This document shows positions 37,277-48,904 of a stretch of DNA of 64,000 bases, piece after piece. The notes under the pieces were generated by a model. That model had not been told where the DNA came from and did not search any database. It worked only from the letters and a program-made list of their open reading frames with translations. The DNA comes from Raillietiella orientalis (Eukaryota): NCBI GenBank assembly GCA_036172245.1, contig JAYWIR010000001.1:2170001-2234000 (forward strand), read 5' to 3'. The translations under genes and the position numbers were made by a program. Every line of letters starts with the position of its first letter. Within the stretch, counting starts at the first letter, position 1.

Positions 37277-40200
37277 TATTTGACAAGGTACACTCCGCTG
37301 ATACTGCTCCACCTGGTTTCCGATCTACCCGAAAACTTCCGCATCCCATAGAAACTTTCACGTGCCGTCTGTCGTTTGGAGCTGCTGAGTGAAGCCAGGT
37401 CAGGGTGCGCTGTTACGCCACGCGCTGCCCGGGGCAATGACGCTCCGCATTAGCGGTACTGGCATTCCGCTCCCGGCTTTCCAGTGCTCCAAGCAAAGTC
37501 ACTGACCTAAGAAAGGTTGTATTCGCAGAAGCCAAGGAAAGTCTTTGCGTGATTTCCAGAGTTTCATTTTTTTTCTTTGTACTCTTCCACGCTCCGGATT
37601 TCAAGCTGCAAAAAAAGACATCCCGCGGCCCATGGTTTGAGGAGGAACTCCTTTAAGAAGTTCGATGCAGCCTTGATTTTTAGAAAAATCTTCGATCTTT
37701 CCTCTCTCTCAATCTGTACCGTATATTTTTTGCATCAGCCTCCCCTGGCATTTCCTGATGAGATCTGACTTTGCAAAGCCTCGAATTGGGATTTCATTTG
37801 CTTGTCATTTCCCAGGTTGCTTATCCCCGTCCACAGTGAGATTCGTTCTTACGTGAAGGGTTGCCCTTCGTTCAGCGTTCTCCTCGCGACACGTGTGGTG
37901 TAACTGCGATGATTCCATCAACCATCTCCACCATCTTGAAAATATATGCAAAGCAAATCACCCCACGTCCTCTACAATAACGAAATCGCTCCAGGAAGCT
38001 TTTCTAAGCTGGAAAAAGTCTGGAGAATCTTTAGAAAATTGCTAAAGAAGAGTCTTCCACTCAAAAGGAAGCGTTTGAGTTGACGGTCCCCATCTCCGCT
38101 TCACAGGTTGCTCGTCGCTGTTCGCTATTGAGAGAGTATCCACGAGCAAATTTCACTTAGAATGGTGTTCTAAAACGAGAGATTCCCCTGTTGGCTGCCG
38201 CTGAGCTTTCAATATAACTTTCTACTTAGCATCGACTGAACCATGCTCAAAGGCTGTTCGCATGGAACCCTTCTCTATATCAGACCTCCAGGATCTCCCT
38301 GGAGAATTTGCTACTACCACCAAGATCTGCGCCGACGGCGGATCCAGGCGAGTTCGAGCCCCAACCCTTCTGCGCGCACTGTCGCGACCCTCCTACTCGC
38401 CGGAACCCGAGGAACCTGCCGTCCTCCGGAACGCGCCCGGAAGGCAGGAACGGCGGTTGGGTATAGGCTCGACGCTTGAGTGCCATCTATTTTCAGGGCT
38501 CGTTGCTTCAGCAGGTGAGTCGTTACACACTCCTTAGCGGATTCCGACTTCCATGGCCACCGTTCTGCTGTCCATAGCAACCAACACCTTTCATGGGATC
38601 TGATGAGCGTCGCATCGGGCGCTGTAACCCAACGTTTGGTTCACGTTTGGAAATGATGCAGTGAGTCGACGATGCTGGCAAATCTACAGGACACACTCCA
38701 CAGCATCACGAAAGTTTCCAGAACACTGCAGTGACTGAGGAAAACTGGGGGTGAGATAACAACGGATGGGAAGAATTTAAGGCACTCTAACGCATGGTGC
38801 ACCTAGATTATTCCCGGATGTGCTCCTCCTTTTTACGATGAGTTCTTTACTTCTTTAGATCCAGGTATCCCGTCCTCCCTACTCACTCCACAGCAGAGTC
38901 ATTGCATCACTCTGAACATCCGGAAACTTAAAGTGAAGATGATTTGTTCAGAGCCCGCCAATAAGAAGCCGTACGGAAAGAAAAGATGAGCATCCGAAGA
39001 GGGCGCTTTCAAATCCTCAGTGATGCTGAAAATTCTCGAGGTGCCCCACAGCGTATTTTACGGAAATCGTTCTCGATCCCGGCGTGATCCGAAGGCAGGT
39101 GATTTCGCGAGGTGAACACCCGTGCATGCGCCCAGGTGGGACTCGCGTGGGCATGCACTCCTGTGCACCGGAACGTCTCTGAGCTCCTTAGTGTGTGCTG
39201 CCTTTGAGTTCTCGAAGAGTGGGACCGACTTCAACACCCGGAGCTCAGAGGAGGAATGCAATCGATGATTTCCGATTCCCGTTCAGCTGATCTTTTTCGA
39301 TAACGTCTCTCTTTTTTTTAGATAAGAAAGTTTGGAATGGAACTTGAGGAGGTCTTACAAAGTCCGTTGAGTGAAACAGCCAAACGATTCCAGAGGAGTG
39401 CAAAACTACTGATGTGAGTTCGCTTTGATTCCCAACAGGAGTTTGACGATGTGGCTGTTGGGCGCGAATGAGATTCATCGTACGAACTTTCCTTTTTGAA
39501 GCATTGACCCTCCTTTTTGAAGAACAAGAAGCATTGGAAGTAGGATGCTCAAACTTTCCTACCTAAATAGCGCGTAAAGCATTTTTTCCACACCTCCAAA
39601 TGCTGGAATCAATACGATAACATGGCATGAGCAGGAACGACCATTTGTGCCTATCCCGCTTCTATGCAGTTATTTGCAGCAACCGATCGAGCAGTGGGAC
39701 CAATGAAGAATTGTCCTCCCTGCAACCAATCATGAACTTGCTCCCGATCCGAAGGAAAAGAATTAAGCAGTCTGAGTCGCAGCTATGCAAGCGGTGTTTG
39801 CAAACTTGTCGCCGTAATCATCATGACTGCTGGCCTTTCTGAGGAAGGAGTCTTGTTGCCATGGAACTTGAAGAGCTCAAACTTGCAAGGGATGATTCAT
39901 AAAGAAATTGCATGAACTTTCAGACAATTGAGAGCTTGAGAGCAGTCACTTGGAGGGATTCCAGATGTGCAGATGAAAAGTAACTCCTTCAGTGACTGCT
40001 GATAATCCGCATCTTTCTTTCAGAATCTGGGATGTCCAGATTCCTGTTGTTGAGTCATCGCGGTGATTTCCAGAAAGCATTGATCTCCAGCGTGTTTCAG
40101 ACGAGCGGCAGAGTTTCCTCTATCATCTCAAGGCTCGTGTTCCATCCTATGTTTGTCTCTTACGAATCACGCGCAGAGCACATGGTGATGCTCCTAGCAT

Positions 40201-43200
40201 CACAGGATGCGTCATTCCCATCAGAAGGAGCGCTAAGCACTTTTTAGTTCCGAACTGTCTCAGAGTTTCCGTTTTTCCTTTCTGCACGTCGTGCGAGTTG
40301 CCCAGGCAACCCCACGAAGTCGGTTCCATCAGGTCCGTTCGTCACTAATCTGGAAGAGTTGCAGAAAAATCTGCACGAAGGAGCTCTGCAGAACCGTGCG
40401 AGCTTGGATTGAATTTCATTCAGGGACATGAGCTGAACAAAAAACTCACAGCCAATGAGGATGCGGGATCTCTCCGATCTGGGACAAAAAACAAACAAAT
40501 CTCTCCAGCACGAAAAGGTCTAAAATTCCAAAATCGAGCAGAATGATGAATGTCTTGAAGAATGCTGCCTGCATAACACAGCACCCCTCTGCACAGGCCA
40601 ACTATTGAAGAGTAGAGAACACACATCTCCTGAATGAGAGAATTTCTTCTTCACGCCTTGAGGCCACGATGTGTCCTTCTCTGGGATTCACCAGAGTTGA
40701 AAGTCAGCTGCGAATTTTCGCAGAGGCTTCTTAAAAGACACTTCACACTGAATCTTTTCAGCGTATTGCAATACCTTAAAGGTCAACATGATCTCGGCAT
40801 CCGGAAGCGGGCAGTTGACCTCACTCGTTAAGTGGCTCGTAGTTGCTCAATGCATAATAAAATAAAGGACACCCAAGGCATCATCATAGCGACAACGTTC
40901 ATGCATTTTCTTTTCTCTTTCGAAGACCGGGCCTTTGGTCACATTTGGTTGAATCTCGAGATTGGAACTTACTCCCTCATTCCCAGTACAGACTTGACAA
41001 CACTTGTCGTGTATGCTGAATCCCGGCGCGCGCTGTTCTCATTTCGTTTTGCCGGAGTGCACTGGATGCTCAATGACACATCACACTTGGGTTACTGATA
41101 ACATGCACTATGTGTAAGTGCATGAGTCCTTGTTTCTGCTTCGATCTTGTGTGTTCCCATTAAATAAAGGAAGCGTGCTGCCTTGACCAGATTGAGTCTG
41201 TCACGTTGACGCGATCGAACACAGTGATCGAAGGTGAGGTGCGACTGGCGGCAAGGAATGGAAAGATCTTGCGAAGAACAGTGTTCGTAGCAATCGATCC
41301 CGTTCAAAAAGCTGCTGTCTGTGCAAGTGCATCGGGGTAATTTGAAGAATTTGACCTACTTGACTGTGGCATCCCTAGCCAAAGGAACTGTGCAAGTTTT
41401 CTCAGAACTTCTACTCTTCTTTGCTGCTCAGAGTGCCAAAGAAACGAGTTCCGACCAAATGAAAAATAAAATGCAATCCAAAATAGGAAGAACAGATTTC
41501 GATCAAGGAAAAAATCATCTTCTGGATTCCAATGCATCGCTTCTGTTGCCTTGTGAGCTTTTTTTTTGGCTTTCACAGTGCTTGCCCCTGTTTTTGCTTG
41601 ATATTCTTCTTGACGACAAGAGTTCAGCATTCAGTTTAGTTTAGTTCTGACAGAATTTCAACAGATGCAGAGGATGGAATGGTCTTTCCTTTACAAGTTC
41701 CTAAAATAATATGCTTCATGCTACAGATATCGGATCACCTCTGAACCACACTCATTAGCCGGCCTCCAACTGAAGAACTTTAAAAATACTTTGTGAGGTA
41801 GGTTTTTCGCATTTTGATAAGTTCCACACTGTTCAAGACAAGGAACAATATTCGACTTTGTCCTTGTCCCCTTCCAAGTGTACCCATTCCCCTAGAACCC
41901 GAATAGATTCTTCCTGATCCCTTTTTTTCTTCTACGCTGATCACAAATGCAGTTGTGTAAGTCTTAGCTTAACCGTGTCATAATGGAGTCGTTTCGAGTT
42001 GCCCTGTTTAAAGAACGCGGTGTGTCCTCAGTAAAGGTCCTCAGTGAGCGAATGCAGGACAGATAACAAGTCGGAATTTATTTGCCCGTTACGTAAAACT
42101 ACATTTGAGGCTTCCCGCTACCCCGAAGCGAATCCTCACTGTTCTGAAGCACCGGCATTTGCGCCTGCAATTTGCCTTGCCCGGACTGTGGCACCATCCT
42201 ATCCAATTCGTATGGATGAACCTGGACGAAGATCGAAATGACGAGTGTAGCGTGCCTTTGTAGGGAGGCGAGTGCTCATTCTAGATCATGGAAGTGTCAC
42301 AGAAGAGACGGCAGAACAGGGGACTGGCGTCCATCCACGCAGTCGGTGATAATCTACCGGAAACCATGCTGTGAATACCGAATTCTTGTAGTATACGGTA
42401 TTGCACGTTTTGTCCTCGACTAATGCCACTTTGAGGACTGAATTTCGGCAAGTCGGATCACATTTCAGAAGGAATTACCGACTAGACAACCGTCGATGAA
42501 AAATTTCCCTCTCTCCTGGTATCAATTCTATGGAAAATAGAATGTTGCAAGAGGTTTTCCGTTTTCTTCTATGAGAACGAATCTCCTGCACTCTGAATTT
42601 ACCATGACAATAAATACATTTATTGTCATGGTAAACTCGTTCATCCGATTCACCTTCACCAACACCAATGCATTCATTAGGAGGATTCCCTTTTTTCTTC
42701 TTTAGGGAGTTGACAGTCATTCTACAAGGATATGGAAATTTCGGAAGCGACTGTCAAACTTTCAATGTATCATTTGGGAAATTACCTCGAAATTAATGCA
42801 AGTTCAAGTAATTGGGGCCGCTGAATTTTCTCCTTGCCGCCGCTTCGAGCTGGAAACGTTGCCAAGTGACCGATTCAATGACGAACCGTGGAATGAACCA
42901 CTTATGAATAAGCACGAAAATGAAGCTTCCAGCTTATCTAGGACTTTGGCCGTTCCTACAAGGATTACGTCGAGTCTAACTTCCACGGTGAGTACAATAA
43001 AATGAACATGATTTGCATGAGTATCGTCTGTGTAGACACGCACAGAGAAAGAAGGTTCCGTGATTCCCACTGACAACACGAGAGTTAGAAGCGTCGGTAG
43101 CTGAAGGAGAGAAAGGAATGACCAAGCTCAATTCAGACCAGCACTCGTGTTCAGGTCCAACAACAGGTCAAAAATGAAAACTGGTAAGGAGCATTCGAGG

Positions 43201-44789
43201 ACCTTTTGAAAGAGTTTGACCTTCGCGACATCAATAGAGGTCGCAGCTTTGGTCAAAGACGATGTTGACTGAATTCCAAAATTGAAAGGCCAGAAATACT
43301 GATTAGCTTGAAGGTGAGTTCTTAGACTTCGACAGGAGGTGCGCACTTCTGAATTTGCAGCCCATCCTTGCTCGCTGATCGGAAAGAACTACGGTGGATG
43401 GCACGGAAATCTCTCAACCTCCAAATCTCGGAAAACTCACAGGAGAATGTGAAACTGCACCTTGCATGAGGAGTTGGCGGGGTTTCTTCAGGACTTCAGT
43501 ACGACGAGATGAGATGATTCCTGCAGAAAAAAGCGAAGATTAGCAGCGTTCGTCCAAAGAAGGCCTGTGAGAACTGGAAACTTTACAGATGCCTGCCAGT
43601 ATGTGGCTCAAGGAATCGCTCCGCAGCCATTTTCCTTCCTTGATCGTTCATCTCGATTCTGTGAGGCCGACTTCGCCGCTGCGCAGTCTTTTCCCTCTCT
43701 TCAAGAACAGGTGGACCTATCTCTCATTTGACTAAGGCAGTTCGCCCTGCAGCACGACTCTCTTGTCATTGCTAGAGAAACAAAAATGAAAACGTGGTCT
43801 GAGCTGCAAGAAGCCATCCGTACAGGAGGCAACGCATAGAGGAGGCGAGAATTCACCGAGGAGATTTTGTTCCACGCTCAGCTGTTCCAACCATCTCTTT
43901 TGAAGGGAAGAGCTAGGCTGCTCGTAGCTCTTGGCTACCAATTCTGGCGGCCACGCTGCTTTCCACTCGGAAGCGCTCGTGTGACCCTTTCCCCAAAGAC
44001 TTCATTCTTTCGTCCCTGCTGAAGCTGTCGAATCGAACGGAAATGAAAAGGAGCTGCCCATCTCCTAACCTTCTCCGAGCCTGCACACGACTTCCGCTAG
44101 TGCTCCAGTCTTAGAACACAAGGATCAACCGCGTTCAGGAGACTTCAGTCAACAGAAGACTGGTGACAGGAGAAAGATTTTAGAATAAGGCAAAGCATTA
44201 TTCCTGCTGGCAATTCCACCTATAGCAAAGTGGTGATCATCATCCCAGGATCTTATGGAAAAGAGCATCCGATGACCATATGTAGACCATGGTCTAATAC
44301 TCTGGTAGCCTTCAGACAGCGTCATCGGAAGAGGAGCAGATCTGCAGTTTCCTGGGCAGCTTTGGTTCCTTTTCAAGGTCTCTGGACGAGCGAGGTCAAG
44401 AGCTATCGACTTCGGAGGAGATACGCTGCCTTCTCTCCCCTGTGGACCAGCGAGGCGAAACTCCGCGCAGGGGATTCCGCAGGAAGGCTGAACTGAGCTG
44501 TTGGGCTGAACTGAGCTGGAACTGAGGTGTTTGGACTTGCAGAAGACAGAGTTGACCAGCGAGACGTGCTTCCGCGACCTGCATCCTTCTGATCGGCTCC
44601 CCCAAAGAGTAGATTCTGGACGACCAGCGGCCGATCCAATGGTCCGGCTGCTTTCGAGGTTGCTGCCGGTCTGTGCGGCATAGGCGGGTGGTCGCGGCAG
44701 ACACGGCCAACCTCCAGGATTCAGGTCTTTGAGAGCGCAATCCGCCTGGAGCAAAGGGAAGCGCAGATGGAGGGGAAAGACCTCGTAGG

Positions 44790-46025
44790 GGGTTTCCAAC
44801 TGCGCTAATCAGAAGCTACTGGTCCATCTCGGCTTCTCGGTCGCTCTACTAGAGCCTGATCGCCAGAGCCAACATCCGCGAGGCAATGCAGAAGGGACCA
44901 CCAACGAAGATGACGCACTGGACGAGGTCTCCAACCTCTACGGGTTCCTGCTAGCGGTTGGCACCACAATTGGGAGGAGTTCCCCTTTCGACGGAAGCAG
45001 GACGTCTTTCTAAGCAAAGTAACGCATCAGGAAGTGTCGCTCGTGGAACTTCATTACGTGCATCCTTCTTCATACTGACTAGTGGAGGATGGATAAGGAT
45101 GAGTGGACTCTCCTGGACGCCAGGTTCCTTGCTGCAACTCTGTCGGCCGTAAGGGCAAGCGAAGACAGATGTTTACCAGAGGAGTAGAAGGACACCGCGC
45201 CTGCTGGAGAAACCAGACCCTTGAACGGCTGTGAGACGTGCGAGTTGGTAGATGCCATCACTCTCCATAACTGCGCAAAGGGACTCCTTGGGTGAGGCGA
45301 ACTTTTGAGTGTGCCCCTCTATGAACTTGTGATCCTTCCCTCGTGCGTGAACACCTCTGTGCTCTTCCTTCGATAAAAAGAGTCTGTTGCATTGGGGTTT
45401 CCATTGCAATCAGCGCGCCCACCTTGTTTCCGGGGGAGTTGCCACTCCCAACTGTTGAAAGTGTGTAGCAGTGGAGTCCTTTCTGCACCTCCTTTCCGAG
45501 GGCGGTGCCCTCCCAAGGACTATGGAGGAGGCTGTCTTTAGTGCTTTTGCACCAGGGGTCATCAGAATAAAAGCCACGAGCCGCTTCTTCACGCTCGGCA
45601 GCCTCTCTCTAGGTGCGGTCCTCGCAACGACCTATTGTATCTGCGCCATCGTCATAGCCCACCATGTGTCGAAGTCGGAGCGGTCCCAAGAGAGGTCGTC
45701 GGAATTGTAGCAGCCAACAAGAGAATGGATGTTAGGTCGCGGCATTTCAATGAAGAAGTGAGGAAGGAGATCGCCCGCATTCAACTCCAGTTCTGAAACG
45801 AAGGAACCGATGCCAAAGACCCTTGTCTCTTGTCCCTCCTCATATCTTTTTTGTATGTTTTAATATTTATTTGTGGTCTCCTTCCTCTCGTTCCGGACTT
45901 TAGAAGTGCCCAATCTGCGAATCGGGGAGTCTTCCTCTTGAACATGTTCCTTATTCTGGGAACTCAGTTCCCAGATGGTTTTGTTCATTCGTGAATAAAT
46001 GTCCCGGCACAGCCGGGTGATAAAC
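44790..46025 (+). mobile_element. Decayed 5'-truncated L1/Tx1-like copy with complete 3' end
   Basis: ELVDA...KGLL, GVATPNC*KCVAVESFLHL, RFFTLGSLSLGAVLATTYCICAIV. Terminal hairpin at 46003-46017. 5' boundary approximate. Confidence 0.85.
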
Positions 46026-46059
46026 GAAAGGTAGGGACGACCTACCTTCGGACGCTGAG

Positions 46060-46470
46060 GATGAGGTCCTGATGTTCGACCACAAAGTGATTCCTGGATG
46101 AAGCATCGGACAGGCAGCATCCAGGACGAGCTCTGCGGTGCCTGTAGAGGCAGGGAAACGCAGCTCCACCTTATCACTTCCTTGAAGGTCAAGTATAGGT
46201 CCTTGCTGCTTCAGGATGCTGAAGGCGGTGATCGGTCTGCAGGCAAAGACGGAAATCCGTGGCGGGAACGTTCAAAGGGGACGGGGACGATACGATCCTA
46301 CGGTCCGCAGCACTATACATCCCGTTCATCGCGCGTATCGTGAGAAGGGCGAAGACGAGGAACACCGGAGCGATAGCGCCTGCCATGAGCATCATTCAAG
46401 GAGCGATTAGGAGAGAGACTGGGATCAGGGTTCCTGCAGAGTATCCTACTGGGCTTGCCGCTGCATCTTA
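46060..46470 (+). mobile_element. Possible CCHC tail of another LINE family
   Basis: ELCGACRGRETQLHLITS resembles CxxC...ETxxHL. No other support. Confidence 0.35.
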
Positions 46471-46625
46471 AAGAAGATGGCGGTTGCGGCTCGGTTGAGC
46501 AGACTGCCCGCCGGATCCTAGCAACTCGACCTCCCACCAACAGAGAAAATTCTTCCGAAAGTGAACAAAGAGAGAATGGCACTTGGTGACCTGAAGTGTC
46601 GTGCGCAGGAACACCCGGGAAAGTA

Positions 46626-46966
46626 CAGTGGAACCTCGGTACGCAGAGGTGTTGAAACTCGTCAAGCTTAGTAGTCGCTTTATTTTAACGAGATAAAAAT
46701 GTTTCGACAGTTGACGCATGCTCGGAACTCGACTCCCCATTCAAGTTAAAACGAGTGAACGTTTTCGTCTCATGGTAGCTCGCAAACAGTGCCGAACACT
46801 TCCATAGAGTGTCTACAGGATCGTTCCCCTTTTTTGTGCTTTCTGTGCATTTTATGTGTTAGTCATGGGTTTTGAAACGGTTAAAAACGATGCCACGAGA
46901 CCTAGAAAGGAACTCGTTCGGAACTCATCGTCTCGGCACTCGTCCCGAGTTCCGGAACGAATAACC
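46626..46966 (-). mobile_element. Second copy of the pogo/Tigger-like MITE, one end truncated
   Basis: Begins TA|CAGTGGAACCTCGGTAC. Reverse complement aligns along its length with 36941-37276. Confidence 0.8.
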
Positions 46967-48904
46967 TAAATCCATCAGCCGGTATTGGGCGTCTCCAACT
47001 CGCAGCAGCATCTTTACTTGCAGAAACTTTGCGCACTTCCTCCTCATGCCGAATTTTGGTCATCTGGCCCATTCTTGCTGCTCCATCGAAAGACTGGGAG
47101 TCTGCTTTTACAGCTACCCCCGTCGCTCTCTGTATGACCAGCACTCTGATGTGCATCTTCAGCGTCTTCGGAGTCGAATGGAAGAACAACTACGCTTGCA
47201 GTGAAAATTGGTTCCTCCATTCCGAAGGTTTCTAAAAGCACTTAGAAGCTGTTGAACTTTCGGAGGAGCAGCCGAAGAATTGCCGACCGACCAACTGTAG
47301 CTATCTGAGGAAGGAATTCGTTTTTCCCTTCGCAGGAATACCAAAATATTCTTGCATCGGACACGAGCCTCCAAGATCTCTGGAAGTCTCCCAGTGTCCA
47401 AAATGGAGGCAATCGGTAAATTTTCGCCCCTGTAGATGCTTGGGTTGCTGTGACGGAGGCGATAAGCGGATCACTTTAGTACCTGTTGCCGTCGGAATTT
47501 CTAAGAATCTGCTACTGCGCTTGCGGAGGCCACAAAGCGGGCATCAGACTTCTAACTCGTTTTGGAGACGATTATCCGTCTTGACAGCCACCTGCAAAGA
47601 GAACATCTTTCGAGAAAGACTTTTTTTTCCGCATAAAGATTAGGTTCCCTAACGTGAGGAGCAAACCAAGAATCCAATAAGCATTCAAATGGGATGCTAA
47701 CTCCTAGAAACACAGGAGTTCACTAATCTGCTCTTGGGATCTGCAAGTACCAAACGCTTGCTTTTAAAATTCTTGCTGTAGCACTCATCAAAGGGATGGC
47801 TGTATGTGCATGCTTATCTTGTTTGCATCTGTACAAGAATTCCTTCGAGCATCTTTAGCAATCCTGCAACGCCTTTCCTCTTTGCAAAATTCAGAAGGCA
47901 AATTATGAACCCTAACAAGTAATCTGATCAAGGAACCGCTTAAGAAAGGGGATGTGTTCTTCATATGCTCAGAGAATAATGCGTTAGAATGGGAAGAGAA
48001 AGTTCTCCTGCTAGGGAAAATGAAGATGGAAATTCTTCTTGCTTTCGCGTTAAAGCTCTTCTAGGCGAAGATTCTTCACAAAGGATGACGACCGTCGCAC
48101 TACAAAAAGCCAGTTCCTGTGAATTCAGGAAGTATTTCCTCAGAGGCGGATGCACAGAGTTCTAAGCCCTGGCTCTAAGACGATCCGCTTCAAGGAGTCA
48201 TCGCATGACTACTCTCTTCGTAGAACAAACAAAGATTCGGGAGCATGAAGAATCATTGCTGGCAGGCAGAACTGTGAAGCACTCATGCGGTGGATGACAC
48301 AGACAGATGTGAGTCGATGAAGCACGCGTGAGCGCGCTTTTGATCTTATTTTAACGTTCTTCAGTCAACACGTTTCACCAGAAACATTCCGCTTTTTGAG
48401 CAAAGAAAATGCATGCATTAGTTACTCGTTCTGTCTGCCATCTGATTCGAAGTAAGCTCTCGACGACAAGGGAGTGTGGTCATTTCACTTGGGAGGCTTC
48501 ATTTCACTGTCGTCACGTCTCTGAAGAAATGCTTTTCAACGTTGGTCAAAGGTTTATTGCTGCCAAGTCAGCTTTCAAAATGTGTTCCGTTGAAAGGACG
48601 GCGAGTATCATACCAATGTACTGAATGCTGTGTGGATTTGCTCTCTTCTTTATAGCAAAGATCCAAATTATCGTCAAATGACCTCAAATGACCCGGAATA
48701 TGTCTGCATGCTCCACAACTTTCCTTTCCCTCTACCTTTCACAGCCATTCCCAAATCGTTCCAGGTGCTGATCTCCATGGCAATCCATTGTCTCATCGGC
48801 ATGATGACAATTCACGGGACGTGCACTCGAGGCCTGTCGATCGACCGGCTACAGAATGAAATGTGGTTTTCCGGTCAGACTGACTTGGTGTGATTTTAAA
48901 GGCC

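Noticed and set aside
37300..44700. Multi-exon host gene suggested by AG/GTGAGT signals (e.g. ~38497-38520, ~42985, ~43313)
   Set aside because: No recognisable protein. RNA-seq or a homology search is needed before any call.
36920..46966. One 10-kb DNA transposon with the inverted 340-bp repeats as TIRs
   Set aside because: The 36.9-kb copy has its own terminal repeats at both ends, the copies are quite diverged, and no transposase was seen between them. Two independent MITEs are simpler.
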